From NCBI RefSeq assembly GCF_001194135.2, contig NC_068995.1:17408413-17448723 (forward strand): DNA of 40,311 nt, in the 5' to 3' direction. The notes under the pieces are model-generated. The model saw nothing but the letters and a program-made list of their open reading frames with translations, made no database searches and was not told the DNA's origin. The position numbers and the translations under genes are program-made. Positions within the stretch are counted from its first letter, which is position 1. The number at the start of each line of letters is the position of its first letter. Origin of the DNA: Octopus bimaculoides. Lineage: Eukaryota. This document shows, piece by piece, positions 1-11,882 of the stretch.

Positions 1-1188
1 TATATATACATATATATATATATGCTTGTGTGTATGTATGTAGTTATTTATGTAGCTTTTGTGTGCGTGAGTATATCTTCAAGACTGTAAAATACCCTGC
101 AGCTATAAATCTATGTTCAATGTGACCGTGCCGATTGTGAAAAATTCTAACTTTTGCAACTGTTATATATTTTTTTTCCTTCTTTGATTCTCATAAAGTG
201 ATTTACTGTATAAAATCCCGTCTGGTTTTATTTTCCTTTACCAAGACACTTATCCTGAAACTTTCTATTTTGTCTCAGATATTTTAAAGAACACCACATC
301 ACTCTATCTCGCCCACATTCATAGAATCAATTAAAATCTTTGAAAATACCTTACCAATGAGTCGACGTTAAAACGGTTTAACGACTATAGTGCAAACAGT
401 ATATTCGAAAAACAGCTTAAATACGTAAAAGCCTAAATCTCAGAAATTTATATATATATATATGGCAAATTCAGTGACTGAGAAAACGATGAACAAGCTA
501 TATTTGCTTGTTTGTTGGACACTTTTCTCTTATTTTGTTACGGCGTGTATGTCCAAACGTGTGATATCTGGATTATCACTGAAATCCATACACATTTACC
601 AGCTATGTCATATAGTTCTTTTATACCGAACATTTTTCCCCATGGACTAATTAAGTATTCAATTTAAAATATTAGATATATCACATGGATTTATTTTAAG
701 ATTTATTCACTTTTCACTTCCTGTGAATATTCTAAGTAATGTTCATGCATTTCTGGTTACTTTTTCTGATGAGCTGTGGTGAACCCGAACACTGTATACG
801 GTTAGTACGTTATTATCATTTTCGTTGCTCACTTTGTAGAGTGTGGAGACATTTTAATCGATTCATTGTTGTAATTGCTCTAAGCAGATATAAATACCGA
901 TTGTGTCTCATATACGTAATGTAGTGATTTGAAAATCTCACATCAAAGGTATCATTCCGAAACATGAAGAGAGAATAATTCCTTACACTGGTGGTTAAAA
1001 GTTAAAAATCAGAAAAATCACGCAATGTAATTTGTTGAAGGAAAAAAAAAAGAATAAAAAACACTTTAGCCATTCAGGATTGTAGTTTATCTGATGCTCA
1101 AACTTGATTGATGAATGCAAACATCATACTTCTCTTTATTTCAGAACTTATGTACTTAGTTGACAAGGTTGTAAATTTGCTATCTCTC

Positions 1189-1203
1189 ATAATAATAATA
1201 TTG

Positions 1204-1292
<89 letters not shown>
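1189..1292 (+). repeat. (AAT)n microsatellite running into an assembly gap (N 1301-2008)
   Basis: Direct reading; it produces the poly-Ile and poly-Tyr ORF artefacts. Confidence 0.97.
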
Positions 1293-2008
1293 TAATTAAT
1301 NNNNNNNNNNNNNNNNNNNNNNNNNNNNNNNNNNNNNNNNNNNNNNNNNNNNNNNNNNNNNNNNNNNNNNNNNNNNNNNNNNNNNNNNNNNNNNNNNNNN
1401 NNNNNNNNNNNNNNNNNNNNNNNNNNNNNNNNNNNNNNNNNNNNNNNNNNNNNNNNNNNNNNNNNNNNNNNNNNNNNNNNNNNNNNNNNNNNNNNNNNNN
1501 NNNNNNNNNNNNNNNNNNNNNNNNNNNNNNNNNNNNNNNNNNNNNNNNNNNNNNNNNNNNNNNNNNNNNNNNNNNNNNNNNNNNNNNNNNNNNNNNNNNN
1601 NNNNNNNNNNNNNNNNNNNNNNNNNNNNNNNNNNNNNNNNNNNNNNNNNNNNNNNNNNNNNNNNNNNNNNNNNNNNNNNNNNNNNNNNNNNNNNNNNNNN
1701 NNNNNNNNNNNNNNNNNNNNNNNNNNNNNNNNNNNNNNNNNNNNNNNNNNNNNNNNNNNNNNNNNNNNNNNNNNNNNNNNNNNNNNNNNNNNNNNNNNNN
1801 NNNNNNNNNNNNNNNNNNNNNNNNNNNNNNNNNNNNNNNNNNNNNNNNNNNNNNNNNNNNNNNNNNNNNNNNNNNNNNNNNNNNNNNNNNNNNNNNNNNN
1901 NNNNNNNNNNNNNNNNNNNNNNNNNNNNNNNNNNNNNNNNNNNNNNNNNNNNNNNNNNNNNNNNNNNNNNNNNNNNNNNNNNNNNNNNNNNNNNNNNNNN
2001 NNNNNNNN

Positions 2009-2833
2009 ACGATGGATTCAGCTGATAGCCGGATCCGTCCTACACGTGACAGTAGCTGTTCGATATAGACCCACAGGTCAGCAATGCTCGGGCACTGGAC
2101 GAGTGCGTGCAGAACGGTTTCGTCGTCTTGAGCGCACCTCAGGCAGGCCCGGTTGATGGCACTTCCGTGTCGGTAGAGTTTATCTCGAACAGGTAGCGCA
2201 CCTCGGTAGCACTGCCAGGCGAGGGACCTTTGGAAATTATCCATGGGCCCCAGCCCGAAAGTTCTCCTGAACAGACTGTTTAGCTGATTATCCTTGACGC
2301 CTAGAGTTTCCCCGAGAACGACGTCGCACTTTTCTCCCACTAATCCTCTATAGAACACTAGAGTGGAGCTACAACCGATCGCACTGCCCGCCTGACTGAG
2401 GGCGGTGAGAGCTTGGCGACACTCGAGGTGCCAAACGCCCTTTCTCGGTCTACGTTTGATCCAGGATTGCAGCTCTGTTAAAGAAACGAGCTACGGAAAA
2501 TCGCGTCTGACGAAAGGCGACCACACCTGTTCACCGTCCAGGAAACGCTTGAGATGTCGTAGCCTGAGCGCATGTTTGCGCATCAGCAACCACGGCATGC
2601 CANNNNNNNNNNCACGCGGGACGCCCCTCCAACTTCCGCAGTAATGGCTCGAGAGTCAACACATACAGAAGGGAGGAGAGAGTACACCCTTGGCGAACCG
2701 AACGCGAGATGTTGAACGGTTCCGATAGATGGCCGTTCACCCGTATGACCGAGCAGATGCCGCTGTATAAAGCAGCTATCCACCCGCGGAAGACCTGACC
2801 GAAGCCAGCTGCCTTGAGAACAGCTGCCAGAAT
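2009..2833 (-). mobile_element. Tx1/L1-clade non-LTR retrotransposon ORF2 fragment (RT plus C-terminal zinc-binding region), 5'-truncated and decayed
   Basis: Minus-strand translations: LAAVLKAAGFG...VNGHLSEPFNISRSVRQGCTLSSLLYVLTLEPLLRKLE (L1-type RT motif GVRQGCPLSPLLY..LEP); GMPWLLMR..LRLRHL (post-RT GGLGxP region); WQCYRGALPVRDKLYRHG...CLRCAQDDETVLHALVQCP (zf-RVT-like CxxC..H..C). There is an in-frame TAG near 2487. GC content is well above the flanks. Confidence 0.9.
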
Positions 2834-3000
2834 AAATAATTCACCTTTGGAAACAAGGATATTTTGCTCAACATCCTTAAACAAACCTTTTTCAGCGACC
2901 TTTTGAGCGGGATGGGCTACGTAACCTGAAGAAAATTCTAACTGGGCTCCACCCGCGAGGTCATGCGCTGTTTACCTTGATATGAGATCACCATGTCGCG
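2834..3000 (-). repeat. Unclassified GC-richer interspersed repeat fragment fused to the 5' break of the Tx1-like element
   Basis: RT homology stops abruptly at ~2833, where LDQxKAFDRV would be expected. The adjacent sequence resembles a high-copy octopus repeat as I recall it (unverified). Confidence 0.35.
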
Positions 3001-3107
3001 CACATATGATTGTGATGCATGTGCCTAGTGTACCCTTATCAGACGAGTAGTCATGATGGGTATAATAGGCTTTGTATAATTTGGTGGCATGCCCTGCTCT
3101 CTCACTC

Positions 3108-3164
<57 letters not shown>

Positions 3165-3209
3165 AATAATCGTCGTCGTCGTCGTCGTCGTCATCATCAT
3201 CATCATCAT
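3108..3209 (+). repeat. Compound (AAT)n(CGT)n(CAT)n microsatellite
   Basis: Direct reading. Confidence 0.95.
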
Positions 3210-3400
3210 ATGCTCATCTTTCCATGCTGGCACGGATTTGACGGCCCGACAGGAGCTGGCAAGCCGAAGAGCTTTTACAGAGTGTACTGGATGCATTTTA
3301 GCTGAGAACAGCAAGATCGCCAAGTAGCTTGCACGACAAAACCTTCTCATCTGAGAGATGGAGTGGAACTGAGGGAAGTGACAGGGAACAAGCCAAGAGG
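3192..3400 (-). mobile_element. SINE/LINE 3' fragment with an RTE-type tail ending in (GAT)n
   Basis: Minus strand reads ...catccagtacactctgtaaa...gtcaaatccgtgccagcatggaaagatg...(gat)n, which resembles the common octopus SINE 3' end with an RTE-like terminus. Family assignment is from recall. Confidence 0.55.
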
Positions 3401-3538
3401 TTAGAACATATCACATGTAAGCGCTACGTATGAAAAATGGTAACAATGATGTACATACGCGACATGGTCGGCATCTACCCAAAGTTTCGTTGGCGATACT
3501 ACTATCGCTGTTACTGCTTTTCTCCTCGTCCACCTCCT

Positions 3539-3611
3539 CATCATCATCACCATTGTCATCATCATCCTACTACTACTACTACTACTACTACTACCAATGC
3601 TGCTGCTGCTG

Positions 3612-3668
<57 letters not shown>

Positions 3669-3690
3669 ATAATAATAATAATAATAATAA
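3539..3690 (+). repeat. Compound (CAT)n(TAC)n(TGC)n(TAC)n(AAT)n microsatellite
   Basis: Direct reading. Confidence 0.95.
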
Positions 3691-3769
3691 CACCAGAACA
3701 ACGCAAAAATAACTCAAAAGACTAGAATATCTTCAATTTCTTCTGCGTATTTTAAATTTCCTTGTAAAC

Positions 3770-4175
3770 AAGTTGAAAATCTTGCATATCCATAATTTTC
3801 TCTGGCCGAACGCACAATCGATCATATTCAAAAACTTCGAAACTTTGATATCCACAACTGTCTGTGAATACATGTCCTTTTAGTATAAGAACACTACAAA
3901 TTCTCTCCGGCCGAACACACAAACGATCGCCATTAGAAAATTTAAAAAAAACATTAATAATTACAATTCTTTGTAAAAATTTTGCCCTTCTTTTCTCCCT
4001 GACTATTCGAATATGTAAACGTACCTTTTATTGCAACAATACTATTAATCACGCAATAAAACGTACCTTTTATTCAAACAACATTATTAAACAAAAATAA
4101 GTTGAAAATCTTATATACCCACAATTTTCTCTGGCCGAACGCACAAACGATCACCTTAAAAAACTTTGAAAGTTT
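3770..4175. repeat. Degenerate local direct repeats (core TTCTCTGGCCGAACGCACAAnCGATC x3) plus a 42-bp tandem duplication
   Basis: Core at 3798-3823, 3901-3928 and 4127-4152. A longer unit spans 3770-3847 vs 4099-4175. AAACGTACCTTTTATT occurs at 4017 and 4059. Confidence 0.85.
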
Positions 4176-4490
4176 CAGAGATAAACAACTGCCAATATAG
4201 ACAAACTGCACAATTACGAAAACTATACCGCGCCAAAACCTATNNNNNNNNNNNNNNNNNNNNNNNNNNNNNNNNNNNNNNNNNNNNNNNNNNNNNNNNN
4301 NNNNNNNNNNNNNNNNNNNNNNNNNNNNNNNNNNNNNNNNNNNNNNNNNNNNNNNNNNNNNNATTAAAACAGAACAGGGTGAGTTGGCCCTTTCCAAGGT
4401 CAAGATCACTCCTTTCATTAAGCGCATGCAGTAGTAAACACATTTGACCTCTGCTGACCGTTAGGTTGTGACGCTTCTTTTGCCTGATCG

Positions 4491-4534
4491 CACTACTACT
4501 GCTGCTGCCGTTGCTGTTACTATTACTGCTACTA

Positions 4535-4599
<65 letters not shown>
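4491..4599 (+). repeat. (TAC)n/(TGC)n microsatellite
   Basis: Direct reading. Confidence 0.95.
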
Positions 4600-4600
<1 letters not shown>

Positions 4601-4849
4601 AGCGTTTACATCCTGCTATCAGAACATATACAATCCCATTACCACTTTTGCCACCGCCGCCGCCAACGCCAACGCCATCCTGCTGGAAATAGCTCTGAGA
4701 CTGCATGATGGTTCTGTCTTTTGTCTCCCTGTCTATGTCTCTCTCTGACTGTCAATTCAATGTCTGTCTCTTTCTACGATGCTACATGTATTCTGTCGGC
4801 CTGCCATTTGACACCTTCCAAGTGCAGGTCATGACATGAATTAATTTAA

Positions 4850-7800
4850 AACTTCTCAAAATAAAATCCGCCTCCCCCAGAAAATGATAATGCCTTGGAC
4901 GCCTGAACCTTACCTAAGGAACCAGATAACTGGTTAACCCTGTGCGCTTGTACATATCCTCACTTATACCCACAGGCAAAAGCTCTGAAATCACTAATTC
5001 AAACCAACAAACTAGGTACACAGAACTCTATGAATGCGGACCATCAGTTGATACTAAAAGCACTATAAATGATCACGTCAGCAACGAACTGTGAGATGAA
5101 ATACTAGAACAATATCTAATACAACTACATCAACCTTTCCACGAAAGACCCCCCACTTACCAAAATTATTAATACTAATAAGAACAGACAAGTAATCAAA
5201 GAAGTTGATCAAACACTTGAAAAGCTGATACGACAACTTGAAAATAGTAAAGTAAATGCCCTCGAAGTGACTGATCGATTCATTTACTCAGCTGTTTATG
5301 TTACTCAGAAATGCGATATTAAAATTAGAGATCAACAAAAAATACAAGGCACACAAACAGCTTGCATAGATGGAAAGAATAAACCGTCAAATAATCCAAC
5401 TAAGAGCAGATATATATTTTCTACTTGAAGAAGCAAAGGGAAAACTAATAAACCCAACAAAATAATAAGAACAATTGCTAAACATGCCATTTACAAGAAA
5501 ACAAAAGATACACAGATAGAAATCCTTAAACAAAAACTACAATTAAAAACCAAATGACTTGCAAAAAAGAAAAAAAAAACGCTCAGCATTCCATAGACAA
5601 AACATATAATTCAAGGAGAGCACAAAAAACATTTTACATGGAACTGGGTAAACATATCATTATTATGAAAACACCTCTTTTCCAGCAGCAAACTGAAGAT
5701 GTTTGGAAAAACATTTGGAGTAATCCAAAGGAGATTAATCAGAATGCACAGTGGGTCAGGGACATAGAAAATGCTAATGCCCATCTCAAATATCAAGAAT
5801 GGCAAGATATAACAATTGAAGAAGTGAAAGCGGCGCTCGCCAAGTCAAAGAAATGGAAATCCCCTGAGATAGATAAGATTCCAAATTTTTGGCTAAATTC
5901 TTTAATAAGCATCCACCACAACTTAGCCGTAGCACTTAATGAAGTCATGTCCACCCCTGTGAAAGCCCCAAAGTGGTTTACTGAAGGGATTACGTATCTC
6001 TTACAAAAAAAAAAAACAGAAGTAACAACTAACCCCCTAAAATACTGACCCATATCATACCTCACCACCTTATACAAACTATTAACATCTATAATAGCGA
6101 ATAGAGCAGATGAATTCTTGGACAATAGGATGTTATTCCCTGTGGAACAAATGGGACGTAAAAGGAGTTCATATGAAGGTAAGGACCAATTACTGATTGA
6201 TAAAATGGTCATTGAAATTTGCAAATCCTTATCACTGCTTGGATAGATTACAAGGAAGCTTTTGACAGTGTCCCCCATGCATAGATTATCAAGGCCCTGG
6301 AAATTTACATGATAGCTCCAAGAATTGTGAACTTTTTAAAAGTAATCATGAATTCGTGGAAAACCACCCTCATTTTACACCATACAAAAGGATATACCAC
6401 CTCACCAGACATCAATATCGCGTGTGGTATCTTTCAAGGTGACTCATTATCACCATTACTATTCTGACTCACTCTGTTCCCATTATCCACCGAATAATAC
6501 TAAGAGAGGTTATAAGATTTTTGACCAGAAAATTAATCATCTACTCTATATGGATAACCTAAAACTGTTTGTAAAAAAACGAGAAATTATTAGAAGAGCT
6601 CCTGAATATTGTTGAAGAATTCAGCTCTGATATAGGTATGGAATTCAGACTTGATAAAAGTGTAAAGGCTACTTTCAAAGCAGGGAAGATCACAAGGGCA
6701 GAAAACATAGAACTAGATACTACCACAGCTATTCGACATCTAGACCAATCCGAAGTATACAAAAATCTGAAGGGTAGGAATAGTTCTAAACTCAGAATTA
6801 ATAACTACTAACACAATTAATGCGATCAATTCTTTCTTCATGCCGGTAACCACATACAGCTTCAGTATCATTAGGTGGAGTCTCACTAACATGCAAAATA
6901 CGAATGGAAAGATCCGTAAAACCCTAACAAGGTATCGAATACACCATCCTAAATCAGATGTAGACAGGACTTATCTCCCAAGCAATATAGGTGAAAGAGG
7001 CCTGGTACAGCTCAAACAATCCTTCAAATCAGTAATGATAGGCCCTGAAACGTACCTTAATACAAGTGATGTGCTCTTACGAACTGCACTGAAGCATGAA
7101 GATTCCAAACAAGCTTCAGTCATGAAGCTTAGTAAGAAATTTTAAGTCTCATGACCTACGAGTTAACAATAAGAACGACCAAAGACACCCAAATACTGAC
7201 AGACCTACCATTGCTTCTCTTGATTTAGAAATTAACAATCAGAAAGATCAACGAGTTCCAAATAGTGACAAACCTCTCTGTGCAAAAAAACGTCAAATAA
7301 CCGGCTGTCCAAGCAAATACTGATCAAAATCTAACACACCAATAGCCACAAGTGACAGGTCTGAAAGGGGAAACAGATTTGTTATTGCAGCGCAAGATCA
7401 GAGCTTACCTACCAGAAACTACCACGCAAACCTCCTTAAAGTTGGATTTGAGCCCCCGAGCAAACTTTGCGGAAAATTCACAGAGACAATCGATTATGTT
7501 GTTTTTGACAGCGCAGTCCTCGCTGAAAAGGAGTACCGCATAAGACATGACAGACTAGAGCAATACATCCACTGGAATGCACGTAAATACTAGAAAATTT
7601 AATTCCATGATAAGTAGTACAAGCAGTCTCCTAAGGATGTAGTAAATGGTGCGGTCGTCACCATCCTTTCGAACTGGCCAATACAAACAGACAGAAAAAA
7701 ATGACTCCAATCGACCAGACATGCTGATCAAGGACTACAACAGAGGAACTTCTCTGTTAGTGGATATTTCTGACCCACAAGGTCAAAATGTCCCAAGAAA

Positions 7801-8170
7801 AGACGAAAAGCTTTCTCGCGATGAGATCTGCAAATTGCAATCATAAAAATGTGGACGTTTAATACTACGATAATACCAGCAGTAATTGGTGTATTAGGAA
7901 TGTTAAAGAAGAGAGCTGAGAAGTATATTAAGCAACTCCCTGCTAACTCTAATCCCTGTGAACTACAAAAGATAATCTTGTTGAGTGCAGCCCTTATACT
8001 ATGGAAAGCACTCTCTATCTAAAATGGAATAAATGTTGTGATAATGTTAGCATACATAACAAAACAAACGTGCCCTTGCTACGCTTGGCTTCCGGAGGAT
8101 GCCAGGTACTAAGTCAGCTGAAATAAAGTTATAATGAAAAGAAACCATAAATGATAATAATAATAATAAT
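4850..8170 (+). mobile_element. R4/Dong-clade non-LTR retrotransposon (RT + CCHC + restriction-like endonuclease), near full length, decayed; 5' boundary approximate
   Basis: Ordered motifs across frameshifts: ERINRQIIQLRADI; EILKQKL; WKNIWS; KWKSPEIDKIPNFWL; WFTEGITYLL; DQLLIDKM; WIDYKEAFDSVPH; GIFQGDSLSPLLF (~6426); LLYMDNLKLF (6547-6558, YMDD mutated to YMDN); HHPKSDVDRTYLP; LAAQDQSLPTRNY; KLCGKFTETIDY..RHDRLEQYIHW; NRPDMLIKD (RLE); PAVIGVLGML..LQKIILL..LSI* (stop 8020-8022). Ends in a (TAA)n tail at 8155-8170. Confidence 0.93.
5340..8022 (+). pseudogene. Disrupted single ORF of the R4/Dong-like element
   Basis: ORF-track pieces 5554-6048, 6424-6615, 6840-7145 and 7646-7846 are parts of one ancestral ORF broken by many stops and frameshifts. 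Confidence 0.9.
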
Positions 8171-8539
8171 GAAATAAATATTACTATGTCGCCTCATCTC
8201 AGTCTAATTCACAATAATTTTGACGAAAATTTTTCAACCGAATTAAATATTTACTTTGCTTTAATTCCTCGTCCTCAATACCCCATGAAATATTTTTCAT
8301 CGGATTAAGCTTAACTCCTCTGATACTCTTAAATTTGTCGAAAAATAAATTGCAATCAAAGGTTTTTTTTATGCATAAATACATCAACAACATACAATTT
8401 TCTACCTAATACTTAGGTTAGTAAGTCGTTGTCAAAAGGTTACGCTTTTTATTGTTGAGACTCTTATTATTGCTTGCAAACATATTCTAGTAGAAAGAAT
8501 TTCCATTTACTCTGTTTTATACTAGAAGAATAATATTGG

Positions 8540-8718
8540 TTTCATATTTTAGCACATGGCAAGTCTCAAATACATCGACTTCAATACTTGATTGGCAATT
8601 ATTCTATCTGTCCCGAAAGGATGAAAGGCAAAGTCGACTTGGGTGGAATTTTTACTCACAACGAAATGTGGCTAATCATCTTGTCCAACGTGCTAATCGC
8701 TCTGCCAGCACGTCGCCT
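8540..8718 (-). mobile_element. tRNA-derived SINE family A, copy 1 (degenerate, internal deletion)
   Basis: Minus strand begins ggcgacgtgctggcagagcgattagcacg; central ctttcatcctttcggga motif; gtcgatgta. Homologous to the other 13 copies. Confidence 0.8.
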
Positions 8719-8735
8719 ACTAAAAAGATAGTATT

Positions 8736-8947
8736 GGTTTCAAGTTTTGGCACAAGGTCAGCAGATTTGTGGATGGGACTGAGTCGATTAAATCAATCTC
8801 AGATTCAACTGATACTTATTTTATCGACCCCGAAAGGGATGAAAAGCAAAGTCGACTACGGCGGAATTTGATCTCAGAACGTAAAGAAGGACGAAATGGA
8901 GCTAAGCATTTTGCCTGGCGTGCTAACGATTCTGCCAGCTCACCGCT
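8736..8947 (-). mobile_element. SINE family A, copy 2 (full length)
   Basis: Head gcggtgagctggcagaatcgttagcacg (A-box-like); GTTCTGAGATCAAATTCC (B-box-like); central gcttttcatccctttcggggtcgataaa, similar to the Meta/MESC SINE domain as I recall it; tail ccttgtgccaaaacttgaaacc. Confidence 0.9.
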
Positions 8948-9649
8948 CTACTACAGCGATAATATTACTACTAACTATAGTTCAATACTTATCAGTCGGG
9001 AATAAGTATGTTAGTGTATAACTTTATATGGCAGCATCGGTGTCTGCTGTAATATGGAAGTATTGTTGTAAACTAATTCACTTCTTTTCTCAACAATGTA
9101 GCTACTATGGAGTAAATCAGCATATAAGATGTGTTTCTTCACTCTCCTTGCTTTATTTCATTAAATGCTGAAGTAGTTCGCAAGGAAACACTACTAAAGT
9201 GGCTGTAGATATATTTTCTTAATGTAGAATTACTGTTAACAATATTTTTTTCTCTTGTTGTGATATATCGATGCCACTAAAGAGAAGCTGTGGGATGAAA
9301 CAGATATGATGCTTCATATAACATCTTGTCAAATACAAATTCTATATATACCTGAGTGATTTCTAAGGATACCTGTCTAAAATGATATTACATACTGAGT
9401 ATATTCCAGCAAAAGTAAATAATGAACAGTAACAAGAATAGTTTGTGTGTTATAACATCATACTTCTTCAGTATTTATGTTCTTTGAGCACAATTAAAGT
9501 ATTTGAAGCATACATTATTTATTATTACTTCTTATATCGTCTATTATGACTACAAAGAGAAAATATTAACTCAGATATTTTGAGAACGAAACTAAGTACT
9601 ATCATGTTTTAAATATTTTCAAATAAAATCTAGTATGTGATATAGACAT

Positions 9650-10110
9650 AATAAAACTATCTTGTTTATGCAGACAAACGGAGCTCACCATGGAAATATT
9701 GGCGGAGCTCTTTATTTTCGCTTAGAATCATTTCGTTCACTGCATACATCTCGGTATGTTTGAGAAAGTTATAAATGTCAGAAATTACTATCTTACCATT
9801 GAAACGAGTAGTTTCATGCCCAGGAGAACATTTGATGTGTAGAAACTGAAGAATATGTTTTACAGTTATTACATTTAGAAATTATACATTGCGGAATGTC
9901 AGTTTTGATTTTGATAGGCCGGCGTTGTTGATATAACTAGTAATGAACTTAGAAAAGTGAAACCGATTAAAGACCATTATCTTACAAATGGTTCCTCTGA
10001 AATATGAGAATAAATATATATATTTTAATTTAGAGTTATAGAATTATTTTGTAAAAGCTCAGAAGGCATCAATATACTGCACAATAGACGAACAGTTATC
10101 ATTTGTCAGG
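9650..10110 (+). mobile_element. Possible very old piggyBac-like transposase relic
   Basis: Scattered, correctly ordered motifs across frames: LRNVSFDFD (cf. LRFDD), KVKPIKD (cf. KLAPIRD), YCTIDEQLSF (cf. TIDEQL..F). Weak. Confidence 0.3.
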
Positions 10111-10964
10111 AATAATATTCAAATCGGTCTGCATTTTAACTCTGAAAGTGGCAGAGAACAAACAATTTAGATGGAATCCATTATCAACTAAATGGAGGCT
10201 AACTTCCCGCGCAATTTCGACACACAATACCATGTCATTTATATTTAATCCTTCATTAGAAATAAGAAAGGAAGTTAGAAGTATCAGATGTTTTTATGTG
10301 ATCGGATCCTAACATGTTTAACGAGTTGGTGTGGCAAACTTTAAGTCGTTATGTTGATGCTCGGAAGATAAAGAAGAATGAGATTGTGATGAAGACTAGA
10401 AAGACGAGGGGGGAGGAAAGGAGTAGAAAAAGAAGAAGGAAGGCAAATTGAGAATAGAAGTGGAGAATGTCGCTTGTTCGTGCGTCCATCGGATATTAAA
10501 CATTAATACTGATCTCTGTATTGGCTGAGCAAAAGTGAAACAATAAATTTTCAATGATCCCCATTACAATGATGAATCTTCTGTTATTTCTTAAATAATG
10601 TATATAACTGCATATCGCATCAGAAACATTACGCAAATAAGTGCGAAGCCCGTTTTGCTCCTTCTCAATTATCATAGATCCAGCTCACACACTCGTTCTT
10701 ATTCCTCCCTCTCCTTCTGTCCAATTAAATGAGGAGACAAGCAAGTATTTTTTTGTCGTTGTTTTCCATTTAGCTTTTCGCTTCTAAGTCTTCAGTTCGA
10801 GAAGATTATAAGTGCACCTGCAGTTTAGTTCAGCATTAATACATTTTATATTGCATGTTTCTCAGACATTACACATGTTCCTTATTGGATTTTCTGTCAC
10901 ATATATCATTTTAGCCGTATTACTACTAGAGCAATAGAACGTATTTCTTCAGGAACAAAGCAAT

Positions 10965-10985
10965 TTATATGTATATATATGTATG

Positions 10986-11016
<31 letters not shown>
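10965..11016 (+). repeat. (TA)n/(TATG)n microsatellite
   Basis: Direct reading. Confidence 0.95.
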
Positions 11017-11029
11017 TTAAGTAAAATAT

Positions 11030-11110
11030 GTATAGAGAGGAACCTCAGTTTTCTGAAGGTCGTTCGTCATCCGAATTGTTCGTAAACCGAATCTATTTTT
11101 CCCGTAGGAA
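11030..11110. mobile_element. Possible pogo/Tigger-like terminal remnant
   Basis: ggaacctcagttttc...ttgttcgtaaaccgaatctatttttcccgtaggaa resembles Tigger-type terminal and subterminal sequence; ttgttcgtaaac recurs at 11282. Confidence 0.3.
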
Positions 11111-11882
11111 ATTGAAGAGAAAGCACAGCGTGTTCCACCAGGAATGTAAGCTGAGCAAAAGCTACAGTCCAACTAACGCTCTTACCATGAAAGACCTAGC
11201 TTATCACCAACCTTTGCAGCCGGCTTGTGTGTTCATTATTAAAGATACTATCGTCACCGGAGACTTTTTATATTCCAAAACTTGTTCGTAAACAGACTTT
11301 TCGTGATAAGAAGCATTCCTAAATCGGGGTTTTGTTGTTGATTGTTAGTTTGTTAGTCTTTCAACTTTCAGTATTGTACTGAGGATATGCAGCGACACAT
11401 TTTCACAGGATCTATTTAATGCAGCGTACCAGTAATATATTTGTGTCACGCAATGATTATATCGTTCGACAACCGTCGCCTCATTGTCATTCAGTTATAT
11501 ACTGCATATAAAATTTCCATCCAAAGAACAATTTTATACTACTAACAATAAACAAATGAACTCATTCAAACAGCCACCCGCACACACACACGTGCATACT
11601 GAACGATGCATTCAGTTATTGTTTTATGAATATCAGCCAAACTGCTGTATGAGCAGAAATTCCTCTAGGTAAATCTTTACTTATCCAGTCATCCTGAAAA
11701 TATGGCAAAAATTAGTTGCTCAGTATGTCACCCAGTAGGGTCTTTTATAGCACTTTATTCCGAGTAAGATTCGTTGATAGCCACATAGCCGTGTATGCAT
11801 TTATATAACGATATTGGTGGAATACCTCTGAGTTAAAGCAAGTATCATCGCCTGTCACTTTGCTTCCATTGGCAAAATATAA

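Noticed and set aside
365-382. Small hairpins (cgttaaa/tttaacg here; also ~25606-25624 and ~35453-35478)
   Set aside because: 7-bp stems are expected by chance in 40 kb of AT-rich DNA.
1180-2358. 392-aa ORF
   Set aside because: Mostly N gap and (ATT)n-encoded poly-Tyr; only ~115 aa are real, and they belong to the Tx1-like retroelement.
3019-4708. Homopolymeric ORFs (poly-I, N, S, T, V, L, Y)
   Set aside because: Translations of trinucleotide microsatellites; no splice or domain support.
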